Part shown: positions 8,506 to 16,593 of the stretch, in pieces
Numbering within the stretch: position 1 is the first letter of the stretch
Layout of the letters: each line of letters opens with the position of its first letter
Assembly: GCA_038058335.1 (NCBI GenBank)
Contig: JBBUBI010000032.1
Span: forward strand, 1-34,944
DNA from: Patescibacteria group bacterium
GTDB taxonomy: Bacteria; Patescibacteriota; Microgenomatia; Levybacterales; UBA12049
Length of the DNA: 34,944 nucleotides
Reading direction: 5' to 3'
The notes under the pieces: model-generated
What the model was told of the DNA's origin: nothing
The model's input: only the letters and a program-made list of their open reading frames with translations
Database searches by the model: none
Made by a program: the position numbers and the translations under genes

Positions 8506-9222
8506 CTAGCTGGTGAGGTGTTCTTTCTCGAAGGTTTTTTCTATATCTTTGTAGGTAGCGTGCTCAAGCTGTTTTTTGGTCAACCCCTTTTTTCTCTTAT
8601 GATTTATATATTCATATATCATAGGCATAACAGAAAGAACTACTATCAAAACCACCGTATAGTGAAAATTGTCTTTGATAAACTTTAGTCCACCGAAGAA
8701 GTATCCGGAAAATACAAAACCCGTAACCCAAATAAATGCTCCCGTAACGTTATATGCAAGAAAAGTTCTGTAATGCATCTGACCTACTCCTGCTACAAAT
8801 GGCGCAAATGTACGAATAATTGGGATGAATCGCGCAAGGATTATTGCCTTTCCTCCATGCTTCTCATAAAACTCTCTAGTCCTCTCGAGATACTCTTTTT
8901 TAAATATTCTTGAGTTTTCCTTCGCAAAAACTCTAGGACCTATCTTATTTCCTATCCAATAATTCACTGTATCTCCCAGAATAGCTGCCGCAAGAAGTGT
9001 TATGTAAATTGCGAATATATTCAAATGCCCCGCACCGGAAAGACTGCCCGCTACAAAAAGAAGGGAATCACCAGGGAGAAATGGAGCGACTACGAGCCCA
9101 GTCTCCGCAAAAACTATTGCAAACAAAATTACGTAAGTAAGTGGCCCAACAGCGGCAATTATAATTCCAAGGTATTCATCTAGATGTAAGAAGTATTTTG
9201 CAATTTGAAGAACAAACTCCAT
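8506..9222 (-). CDS. DedA/VTT-domain membrane protein
   Basis: FAETGLVVAPFLPGDSLLFVAGSL...ILARFIPIIRTF is the typical DedA signature, with about 4-5 TM segments. Confidence 0.85.
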   Translation of the reverse strand: MEFVLQIAKYFLHLDEYLGIIIAAVGPLTYVILFAIVFAETGLVVAPFLPGDSLLFVAGSLSGAGHLNIFAIYITLLAAAILGDTVNYWIGNKIGPRVFAKENSRIFKKEYLERTREFYEKHGGKAIILARFIPIIRTFAPFVAGVGQMHYRTFLAYNVTGAFIWVTGFVFSGYFFGGLKFIKDNFHYTVVLIVVLSVMPMIYEYINHKRKKGLTKKQLEHATYKDIEKTFEKEHLTS

Positions 9223-9239
9223 CTAGATATTATATTGTA

Positions 9240-9293
9240 TGAAAAAATTCTATGCAATCAGTCCGCTTGCGTAGGTGGGTTTGTATGGAGCAT
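9240..9293 (-). repeat. Decayed copy of the lon 3' end (last 11 codons, stop and downstream flank)
   Basis: 9258-9293 matches 9620-9655 at 27/36 nt. It still reads MLHTNPPTQAD* versus the Lon C-terminus [11 protein letters not shown]. The flank word TGAAAAAAT is also shared (9240-9248 and 9591-9599). Confidence 0.6.
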
Positions 9294-9553
9294 TATTGCT
9301 GAGCAGGAGATTCAAGATTTGAAATTCTTTCTTCATGATCATCAAGCCTACCGCTAATCCTTTCGATTAAAAGTGTTCCTGCTGCATTTTCTTCTCTTAT
9401 TGTTTCTAGCTCTTTCATAACTCCATCAAGGCCTGTCAAAACCTGATCCCTATATCCCTTACTCTTTTCATCAATTTCTTGCATCACAATGTCTAATTCC
9501 ACTTTTAAAATTGCTCTAGTAACAGGCTCTGAAGATGTTTTACTTTTTGCCAT
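9293..9553 (-). CDS. Hypothetical 86-aa coiled-coil protein
   Basis: ATG ORF preceded by TTGACA(9588-9583)-17-TAATAT-6-ATG. The sequence is charged with a heptad-like pattern. I recognise no family. Confidence 0.5.
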   Translation of the reverse strand: MAKSKTSSEPVTRAILKVELDIVMQEIDEKSKGYRDQVLTGLDGVMKELETIREENAAGTLLIERISGRLDDHEERISNLESPAQQ

Positions 9554-9619
9554 TCTTTTATATTAATGATGCTTTCATCTTATGTCAATCTGAAAAAATA
9601 GATCAAAGCAGTTCAGTTT

Positions 9620-12019
9620 CTAATCGGCCTGCGTAGGTGGGGTGGCGTGGAGCATGGGTCTTTGAGGAACTTCGCCTTCATGCTGTTTAATTTTCGCAAG
9701 AGGCTTCAGAAGTGCAATACTAAGCACCTCGTCCATGTGATTTACAAAAACAAACTTTAGATCTTTAATTACTTCCTTTGGAATATCTTCTAGATCTTTT
9801 TTATTATCCTTTGGCAAAATTATTGTTTTCAAACCTGCTCTGTGAGCCGCAATTACCTTCTCCTTTACTCCGCCTATTTCAAGAATTCTTCCCCGAAGAG
9901 TAACTTCTCCCGTCATTCCGACTCTTCTGCTTACCGGGATTCGTGTAAGTGCCGATACAATCGCAGTTGTTATTGCTCCTCCTGCTGATGGACCGTCTTT
10001 GGGCACTGCACCTTCCGGGACATGTACATGCACATCAATCTTTGAATAGAATTTTTCTGGTAATCCTAAAAGCTTGGCTCTTGCTCTTATGTAGCTCATC
10101 GCAGCCTGACAGGACTCTTTCATGACATCTCCAAGCTGACCTGTCAGAATAAGATTTCCTTTACCGGGCATGAGAGCCACCTCTATAAATAGTATGTCTC
10201 CTCCGGCCTCAGTCCAAGCAAGACCCGTGGACATTCCGATCTCATCTTTCTTCTCGACAAGCGTACCGCGAAGCTTTATGGGCCCAAGATATTTTGGTAT
10301 GTCTTTTGCCGCCACTGTGATCTTAGTTTTCTTGCTCGCCTCGCTGCGAAGCGGGCCTTCCGCGATAATTTTGGCAATTTTACGCAAGACTGATGCGATC
10401 TGCCTTTCAAGGCTTCGTACTCCTGCTTCTCTTGTGTAATGCTGGATAATAAACTTAACAGCATCGTCTTTTATCTCGGCTGTCTTGTCCGTTAGCCCGT
10501 GACTCTCCATTTGCTTCTTGAGAAGGAAATCTTTGGAAATCTTGAACTTCTCATCATGCGTATATCCAGCAAAGCTTATTATCTCAAGCCTATCTCGAAG
10601 TGCGGGCGGAATTGTATCGAGCATATTTGCAGTAGTCACGAACATCACATCTGAGAGATCAAAAGGAACCTCAAGATAGTGATCTGAGAATGAGTTGTTT
10701 TGTTCCGGATCAAGCGCTTCAAGAAGTGCTGAGGATGGATCGCCCCTGAAATCTGCTCCGACCTTATCAATTTCATCAAGCATAAATACAGGATTTTTTG
10801 TACCAGCGTCCTTAATTCCTTGAATTATTCTTCCGGGCAATGCTCCCACATAAGTTCTCCTGTGACCTCTTATCTCTGCTTCATCCCGAATTCCGCCGAG
10901 GGAAACTCTGACAAACTTACGATTAAGCGCTCTTGCGATAGACTTACCAATTGAGGTCTTACCAACTCCCGGCGGCCCTACGAAACAAAGAATCGGCCCC
11001 TTCATCTTACCTGACAATTTGTGTACAGCAAGGTATTCGACAATTCTCTCCTTTACTTTCTTAAGCCCGTAATGATCCTCATCCAATATCTTTTCTGCGA
11101 GTTTTATATCCAAATTACTTTTGCTTTCCTTATTCCACGGAACACTTACCAGCCAATCGAGATAATTTCTGATATATCCGGCCTCAGGATTGAACTGATT
11201 CATTTGCCCCAGCTTCTTGAGCTCTTTTTTTGCTTTTTCCTCAACCTCTTCTGGCATTACTGCTTCTTTTATCTTATCCATCAGTTCCCTTATCTCACTG
11301 TCTTCATCACTATTGCCGAGCTCTTTCTCGATTGTTTTCAATCTTTCCCTGAGCATTGCCTCCCTTGCACCTTTTTCGAATCTTTCCTGTGTTTTTGATG
11401 ACAGTTTCCTCTCAAGCTCAAGAACTTTTATTTCTTTGGCAAGAAGATCTGCAACTTTCTCAAGCCTTTGCCTTACTTCGATCATTTCCAAAAGCTCCTG
11501 TCTTTCAGGCGGCTTAACATCAAGGACTGATGAAACAAGATCAGCAAGCTCTGAAGGGGAATTATCAGACATAATATTCATGAAAGCTAGGAAATCAACT
11601 GATTTTCCAAAATTGATGGCTTTTCGGAATTGGTTCGTAATGTGATTGCAGAGTGCTTTTATCTCAGGGTCATCATCAAGAATATCTTCAAGCTCCTCAA
11701 CTCTGGCCAAGAGAAACTGATCATGCTGTTCGTATGACAAGATCTTTACCCTTGAGATTCCCTTTACTTGCGCATTTATTTCTCCGTCTGAGCGGATCAT
11801 TCTTTCAATTCTGGATAACGTACCGACTTCAAATAAATCTTCAGCCTCGGGCTCGTTGAGTCTTGAATTTTTCTGAAGCACAAAGCAAACAACTCTTTCG
11901 TTTTGAAAAGAGCTTTCAAGCGCTGCAAGACTTTTTGGTCGTCCAAAAGTAAGAACTGAGTCGATTTTGGGGAATATTATTCCGTCTCGTATGGGGATTA
12001 TAGGCACGAGTTTTTCCAT
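9620..12019 (-). CDS. lon: ATP-dependent Lon protease
   Basis: 799 aa. It has an N-terminal LON domain ([10 protein letters not shown]), Walker [10 protein letters not shown], and a catalytic serine region [14 protein letters not shown]. Confidence 0.97.
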   Translation of the reverse strand: MEKLVPIIPIRDGIIFPKIDSVLTFGRPKSLAALESSFQNERVVCFVLQKNSRLNEPEAEDLFEVGTLSRIERMIRSDGEINAQVKGISRVKILSYEQHDQFLLARVEELEDILDDDPEIKALCNHITNQFRKAINFGKSVDFLAFMNIMSDNSPSELADLVSSVLDVKPPERQELLEMIEVRQRLEKVADLLAKEIKVLELERKLSSKTQERFEKGAREAMLRERLKTIEKELGNSDEDSEIRELMDKIKEAVMPEEVEEKAKKELKKLGQMNQFNPEAGYIRNYLDWLVSVPWNKESKSNLDIKLAEKILDEDHYGLKKVKERIVEYLAVHKLSGKMKGPILCFVGPPGVGKTSIGKSIARALNRKFVRVSLGGIRDEAEIRGHRRTYVGALPGRIIQGIKDAGTKNPVFMLDEIDKVGADFRGDPSSALLEALDPEQNNSFSDHYLEVPFDLSDVMFVTTANMLDTIPPALRDRLEIISFAGYTHDEKFKISKDFLLKKQMESHGLTDKTAEIKDDAVKFIIQHYTREAGVRSLERQIASVLRKIAKIIAEGPLRSEASKKTKITVAAKDIPKYLGPIKLRGTLVEKKDEIGMSTGLAWTEAGGDILFIEVALMPGKGNLILTGQLGDVMKESCQAAMSYIRARAKLLGLPEKFYSKIDVHVHVPEGAVPKDGPSAGGAITTAIVSALTRIPVSRRVGMTGEVTLRGRILEIGGVKEKVIAAHRAGLKTIILPKDNKKDLEDIPKEVIKDLKFVFVNHMDEVLSIALLKPLAKIKQHEGEVPQRPMLHATPPTQAD

Positions 12020-12022
12020 ATA

Positions 12023-12049
12023 TTAGCACTCTATCAAAATGGTTGCTAA
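12023..12049. promoter_or_regulatory. CIRCE-like inverted repeat (HrcA operator type) overlapping the lon promoter
   Basis: TTAGCACTC-tatcaaaat-GGTTGCTAA versus the consensus TTAGCACTC-N9-GAGTGCTAA. The left arm matches 9/9 and the right arm 7/9. It lies between a minus-strand TTGACA (12056-12051) and the lon ATG (12019). Confidence 0.55.
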
Positions 12050-12088
12050 TTGTCAATACCTCAAAATAGCTCTATTTATCCCAGGCTA

Positions 12089-12122
12089 AATCGGGGTTGA
12101 CCCCGATCGAATCGGGGTTGAC
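12089..12122. repeat. Direct repeat AATCGGGGTTGAC x2, 21 bp apart
   Basis: Identical 13-mers at 12089-12101 and 12110-12122. The segments ATCGGGG / CCCCGAT / ATCGGGG can form two alternative palindromes. The second copy supplies the TTGACA -35 for the DUF1003 gene. Confidence 0.6.
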
Positions 12123-12152
12123 ACTCTCCAATGATCGAGATTAAAATTAAGT

Positions 12153-12665
12153 ATGACCAAGAAAAGCATAAGCAAATTGCCTCAGCAGATTGCAAACGAA
12201 CTTACTCCTGAACTGATTTTAAAGAGACTTCACTCCTTTGAAGGAAGAGTTGCGGAATTTTTAAGTGATTTTTCCGGAAGTATGCCGTTTGTTTACTTTC
12301 ACGCATTGTGGTTCACGCTCTGGGTACTTATAAACCATGGCGTATTCAAGGCCTTCATCCAGCCTTTTGACCCATTCCCATACGGACTTCTCACGATGGT
12401 CGTTTCCCTCGAAGCTATTTTCCTAGCAACATTTGTTCTTATTAACCAGAATAGACAAGCATTGGTAGATGAATTTAGAGAACTTGAGGAAGAAAAAGAG
12501 CAGGAGGAAGAGGAGAGAGAGCAGGAAGAATTAGAAGAGGAAGTTGAAGACATACAGCAGGACTTAGATGATATAAAAAGCGCAATGCAATTCATTCAGG
12601 AAAAAATAAGTTCAATTGAAAAATTTCCTGCTCCCCAGAATGGAAATGGAGACGAAAAGAAATAA
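12153..12665 (+). CDS. DUF1003-family membrane protein with Glu-rich C-terminal tail
   Basis: FSGSMPFVYFHALWFTLWVLIN....FDPFPYGLLTMVVSLEAIFLATFVLINQNRQ matches the DUF1003 two-TM core as I remember it. Promoter TTGACA(12118)-18-TAAAAT(12142)-5-ATG. Confidence 0.72.
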   Translation: MTKKSISKLPQQIANELTPELILKRLHSFEGRVAEFLSDFSGSMPFVYFHALWFTLWVLINHGVFKAFIQPFDPFPYGLLTMVVSLEAIFLATFVLINQNRQALVDEFRELEEEKEQEEEEREQEELEEEVEDIQQDLDDIKSAMQFIQEKISSIEKFPAPQNGNGDEKK

Positions 12666-12723
12666 CCCCTTTCTTCTTCGCCTTTGTAGAAATTAAACAA
12701 CATAGATGATAGAATAACTCCGC

Positions 12724-13833
12724 ATGGCAAGACGTATTATACTTCTGTTATTCCTGTTTTTTGTTGCGGGTACATCATTCTTGCTTTTGGACAAAAACAC
12801 TTCTGACTCAATTCCAAAAAGCGCCCCTCAACTTCAAAATCAATCAGGAAGTATAGAAAGAACAAACTTCGGAGCTGAATATATAATCGCAGGCAATTTG
12901 GATATCCCATGGGCAATTGCCTTCCTGCCTAACCGAGATCTGATTCTCACCCAAAGGAAAGGGAAGGTTTTAATAATATCCGGTGATCTTAGAAGCAAGC
13001 CAAGGGAAATTACTCAGATAAATAACGTAAAAGCACAAGGAGAGGGGGGATTACTCGGAATAGCTACTCATCCGGATTTCGAGAATAATAAATTTATTTA
13101 CTTCTACTATACATATGGAGGGAACGGAAATGACACGCTGAATAGAGTCTCTAGATTTGAATATGTAAATGATAACTTAATAAACGAGAGGACTATCGTC
13201 GATAAAATTCCCGGAAATAGCAACCACAATGGAGGAAGAATAAAGTTTGGCCCAGACGAGCTTCTTTATATCGGCACAGGAGACGCACAGGAGCCATCGC
13301 TTTCGCAGAACAAGAACTCGCTGGCAGGGAAAATACTCCGAGTTACGGATGAAGGAAAACCTGCTCCCGACAATCCTTTTGGCAATCAAATTTATTCATA
13401 CGGACATCGAAATGTACAAGGACTTGCGTGGGACAATGATAATAATCTTTGGGCGACAGAGCATGGAAATTCCACAAGAGATGAACTGAACAAAATTGAA
13501 AAAGGCGGAAATTACGGATGGCCGGAAATTACGGGAGATCAGACAAGAAGTGGCATGATCACCGGAATTATAAATAGCGGGGACGATACCTGGGCTCCTT
13601 CAGGACTCGCGTTCTACAAGGATTCGCTCTATTTCGCAGGACTTAGAGGATCTGCTTTGTTTAAATTTGATATAGGCAACAAATCCCTGAACAAACTCTT
13701 TGATGAAAAATACGGAAGAATTAGGGAAGCGATTACAGGTCCTGATGGCGCACTATATATATTGACTAATAATACTGACGGCCGCGGGATCCTCAAGCCC
13801 GGCGACGATAAATTGATAAGATTGGACTTATAA
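12724..13833 (+). CDS. PQQ-dependent sugar dehydrogenase (soluble glucose/sorbosone dehydrogenase beta-propeller family)
   Basis: N-terminal signal/anchor. GEGGLLGIATHPDF, HNGGRIKFGPDELLYIGTGD and YSYGHRNVQGLAWD are hallmark motifs. Confidence 0.88.
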   Translation: MARRIILLLFLFFVAGTSFLLLDKNTSDSIPKSAPQLQNQSGSIERTNFGAEYIIAGNLDIPWAIAFLPNRDLILTQRKGKVLIISGDLRSKPREITQINNVKAQGEGGLLGIATHPDFENNKFIYFYYTYGGNGNDTLNRVSRFEYVNDNLINERTIVDKIPGNSNHNGGRIKFGPDELLYIGTGDAQEPSLSQNKNSLAGKILRVTDEGKPAPDNPFGNQIYSYGHRNVQGLAWDNDNNLWATEHGNSTRDELNKIEKGGNYGWPEITGDQTRSGMITGIINSGDDTWAPSGLAFYKDSLYFAGLRGSALFKFDIGNKSLNKLFDEKYGRIREAITGPDGALYILTNNTDGRGILKPGDDKLIRLDL

Positions 13834-13982
13834 TACTTACCACTATTGATTTTTGGGAAAATATTGTATAATGGCGGAGTATTGTAATCTTGTACCGTTT
13901 CTTCTTAACAGCCCAAGAAACAGATTTGTTTTAGGAAAGTTAGAGTTCGTACAAGTTATCAAAGAATGGAGGTGATAACTTA

Positions 13983-14348
13983 ATGTCTACAAAACTGTTT
14001 GTTGGGGGAATTTCTTGGGATACAACTGAGGATTCTCTAAAAAACTTTTTCGCTACAGCTGGAACTGTTGCTTCTGTGTCAATAATCACAGATAAATATT
14101 CCGGACGCTCAAAAGGATTTGGATTTGTGGAAATGGGAAGTGATCAGGAAGCCAAGGATGCTGTTGAAAAACTCAATGGCCAATCATTGGACGGACGAGC
14201 AATCACAGTAAGTGAAGCACGACCTAAAGAACCAAGATCTGATAATTATGGCGGAGGTGGTAGCTCCTTTAGAGGAGGCGACCGACGTGGTGGTGACCGA
14301 GGAGGTGACCGCGGCGGAGATCGAAGAGGAGGAGGAAGATCGTACTAA
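13983..14348 (+). CDS. RRM-type RNA-binding protein with RGG/GGDR-repeat tail
   Basis: RNP-2 LFVGGI and RNP-1 KGFGFVEM. C-terminus GGGGSSFRGGDRRGGDRGGDRGGDRRGGGRSY. Strong SD GGAGGTG 8 nt upstream. Confidence 0.92.
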   Translation: MSTKLFVGGISWDTTEDSLKNFFATAGTVASVSIITDKYSGRSKGFGFVEMGSDQEAKDAVEKLNGQSLDGRAITVSEARPKEPRSDNYGGGGSSFRGGDRRGGDRGGDRGGDRRGGGRSY

Positions 14349-14370
14349 TCCTAACTCAGATTTCAATACA

Positions 14371-14429
14371 AGAAGGCAAAGGAACTGTGACTTACCTATA
14401 AACGGCATTTCACAAAATCTTTGCCTTCT
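14371..14429. terminator. Long hairpin between convergent genes (possible bidirectional terminator)
   Basis: Perfect 11-bp arms AGAAGGCAAAG (14371-14381) / CTTTGCCTTCT (14419-14429) with inner TGTGA/TCACA pairing. The U-tracts are weak. Confidence 0.35.
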
Positions 14430-15185
14430 TTAGCGTTCTACAGCTTTTACAGCGGCTCTATATTTACAGAAGTCGCAATCTTCACCTGATGCAGGAATAC
14501 TATCTGACTTCAAACAACTAATTGCATCAGTGACTGTCTTATCAACCCAATCATCATTCCCTTCATATGGAATGACTTTTATATTAAACTCGAGCTTTCC
14601 ATCAAAAGCTTCTTTATCCATATCACCATTACAGTAAACAAAATATCCTGTTTTTGAGACCTTGAATCCGTTCTTCCTGAAAAGCCATTGATAAATTTCC
14701 ATTTGTCTCTTGTATCCGATCTGCCAATCCGCATCCAAGTCAACCTCTCCATCCTTGGCAGTTGCCTTGTAATCCACGATCATGAATTCTCCATCAGGAC
14801 TCACCCACACATCATCTATTCCTCCGGTAATGACTACATTTTCGCCTTTTACGTTGAAGGTTATTCCTCCGCGAAGCGCATCCCGCCACTCATCAATCTT
14901 CTCATGAGCAAGCGGTATAGCATCAACCCCATATTGCTTCATCAGCGGATGCTTTGTGCCCTGAGCTCGGTGAATATCAAACTCCTTTTTAAGAAGCCTG
15001 TCCACTGCGGAATTGAGAGAAAATGGATATCCGGGAGGCTGAGATACGCCGAGCTTTCGATCAATATAAAAACACCTCGGACAATTGATAAAAAGATCAA
15101 TCTTACTTCTGCTTAATCTGAAAGCCTCAGGAGAATTGGGATCATAGATATTCTTGGTTCGCTTTCCTCTATAATACTGCGACAT
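14430..15185 (-). CDS. PD-(D/E)XK nuclease, Cas4/RecB-like, with flanking Cys pairs
   Basis: GGIDDVWV...MIVDYKA is the D...D/ExK core and QMEIYQ is the QxxxY motif. CPRC lies near the N-terminus and CDFC near the C-terminus, a Cas4/AddB-style cluster staple. Confidence 0.68.
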   Translation of the reverse strand: MSQYYRGKRTKNIYDPNSPEAFRLSRSKIDLFINCPRCFYIDRKLGVSQPPGYPFSLNSAVDRLLKKEFDIHRAQGTKHPLMKQYGVDAIPLAHEKIDEWRDALRGGITFNVKGENVVITGGIDDVWVSPDGEFMIVDYKATAKDGEVDLDADWQIGYKRQMEIYQWLFRKNGFKVSKTGYFVYCNGDMDKEAFDGKLEFNIKVIPYEGNDDWVDKTVTDAISCLKSDSIPASGEDCDFCKYRAAVKAVER

Positions 15186-15261
15186 AAACTCATGAAATTA
15201 TACTCGGGAGTTCATCTAAAAGCAATTGATTCATCATAAATTGTGTATTAAATAAGCAATG

Positions 15262-15477
15262 TTAGTCTTTGAAAATATATTTGCTGGGAAGGACCAATTT
15301 CCAAAAACCCGGCTCGCTAATCTGATTTAGATATAAATCATTTCTATTTATATTCATTTCCTTTGCAATTTTTCCCAGAAGTACCTCTTTTGTAGCATCT
15401 GTCAGATCCGGCTCTTTTCCCAGAAGAGAAATAAATAAAACTACAGTCGGACTTGTTACATCATAACCACCTACCAT
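15262..15477 (-). CDS. Hypothetical 71-aa protein, co-transcribed with the wHTH regulator
   Basis: ATG ORF starting 2 nt after the upstream stop. I recognise no family. Confidence 0.4.
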   Translation of the reverse strand: MVGGYDVTSPTVVLFISLLGKEPDLTDATKEVLLGKIAKEMNINRNDLYLNQISEPGFWKLVLPSKYIFKD

Positions 15478-15479
15478 AA

Positions 15480-15779
15480 CTATCGTAGTTCCTTTTCTGA
15501 ATTTTGAAACGACTTTAAAAAAATCACAAACTTTCTGCCGTAAGGAGACAAACTGTGTTTTACAAAATTCCCATAATAATCCTTGTTTATGAGACCTGCA
15601 TGGTAGAGACGCCTGGTATGCTCACCGATAGTTTTCTCGTTTGCCTTAAGACTCTCAACAATCCTGTCAAGAGTTATGTCCTTTTGCTTATCGATAAGAA
15701 GTAAGATTTGAATACGATAATGGTTGGAAATTCCTTTCAAGTGTCTTTCCATTTGTTTTGCCGTCTTTAACTTTCCCAT
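15480..15779 (-). CDS. ArsR/SmtB-like winged-helix transcription regulator
   Basis: LKGISNHYRIQILLLI...ITLDRIVESLKANEKTIGEHTRRLYHAGLI follows the ArsR-type HTH pattern. Promoter TTGAGA-17-(TGg)TACGAT-6-ATG. Confidence 0.7.
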   Translation of the reverse strand: MGKLKTAKQMERHLKGISNHYRIQILLLIDKQKDITLDRIVESLKANEKTIGEHTRRLYHAGLINKDYYGNFVKHSLSPYGRKFVIFLKSFQNSEKELR

Positions 15780-15908
15780 ATATAAATCGTACCAAACTAT
15801 CCTTAAAATCTCAAGTATTTAAGGGTGTTATAACGAATAAAATTCTACAACTTTTCCGCGACAGTTTAAAGTAACAGGCAATAAGCAACAAGAGACAATC
15901 AAGGGGAA

Positions 15909-16292
15909 TTAAATCTTTTTGGAGTGCTTCTTGAGCCACTTCGAAATTTGCTCAAGCTCAAGGGAATTATTTTCAACATTCATAGCAAACTCTAAGCTCC
16001 TCTTATGCATATTCTCGAGTTTATACCCGTTTAATTTCAAAAAAATACCACACGAGGAGTATGCCGTTCTTTTATTTCCATCTACAAATGCATGATTTTT
16101 TAAAAGCGAGTGCATGAGTGTTGCGGCTTTTAGAAAAATATCCGGGTATAAATCTTTTCCATCAAAAGTCATTCTGGGTCGTTCAACTGCCGACTCTATT
16201 AACCCTAGGTCTCTAACACCATGCGACCCTCCAAATCTTTTTACCATTTGGTCATGAATTGCTAAGACTTGAGGAGTAGTTAAGTATTTCAA
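15909..16292 (-). CDS. doc: Doc (death-on-curing) Fic-fold toxin
   Basis: LTTPQVLAIHDQMV...HAFVDGNKRTA is the Doc-type Fic motif. TTG start overlaps the antitoxin stop by 4 nt. Confidence 0.9.
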   Translation of the reverse strand: MKYLTTPQVLAIHDQMVKRFGGSHGVRDLGLIESAVERPRMTFDGKDLYPDIFLKAATLMHSLLKNHAFVDGNKRTAYSSCGIFLKLNGYKLENMHKRSLEFAMNVENNSLELEQISKWLKKHSKKI

Positions 16293-16504
16293 CGGTTTGC
16301 AAGATCATGGAGTACGTCCTTGTGGTCCTCGATGAACTCATCAGCCATCTTCATAAAACGCGCGTCAACGCCTTTTGCGACTGGCTTAACGGGTTTAATA
16401 TCTAGTTCCACTTTATCTCCTATATTTATGTTTTTTTCTTTCAATACATTCTTAGGAATTATTACTCCTACTGAATTACCTACAGAAATAAGCTGTTGCA
16501 CCAT
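16289..16504 (-). CDS. AbrB/MazE/SpoVT-fold antitoxin of Doc
   Basis: VGNSVGVIIPKNVLKEKNINIGDKVEL is the swapped-hairpin beta-barrel signature. 71 aa, immediately upstream of and overlapping doc. Confidence 0.82.
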   Translation of the reverse strand: MVQQLISVGNSVGVIIPKNVLKEKNINIGDKVELDIKPVKPVAKGVDARFMKMADEFIEDHKDVLHDLANR

Positions 16505-16513
16505 ATTACAACA

Positions 16514-16525
16514 ATGTTATAACAT
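16514..16525. promoter_or_regulatory. Perfect 12-bp palindrome ATGTTATAACAT over the -10 of the toxin-antitoxin operon (putative antitoxin operator)
   Basis: Minus strand reads TTGACA-15-TATAAC. The palindrome spans the -10, 11 nt upstream of the antitoxin ATG. Confidence 0.5.
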
Positions 16526-16593
16526 TTTTTAATGCATGTCAAGGAATTATCTGCAACTTTTGCGAGGCTAAAGCGAGAGCTAATTAGAATGGT

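Noticed and set aside
10170-11859. Antisense ORFs inside lon (89, 125, 142 and 68 aa). Similar nested ORFs occur in GH13 (19048-20090), the NMO gene (24569-26013), the 364-aa gene (27699-28452), GT39, the GT2 genes and others.
   Set aside because: They are fully nested opposite strongly supported genes and are low-complexity (S/L/F-rich). They have no motifs or promoter/RBS context, which is typical of shadow ORFs.
12470-12560. GAA/GAG-rich tract. The GGDR-coding tract at 14271-14345 is similar. I considered whether these are DNA-level tandem repeats.
   Set aside because: These are in-frame low-complexity coding segments (a Glu-rich tail and an RGG box), not independent repeat elements.
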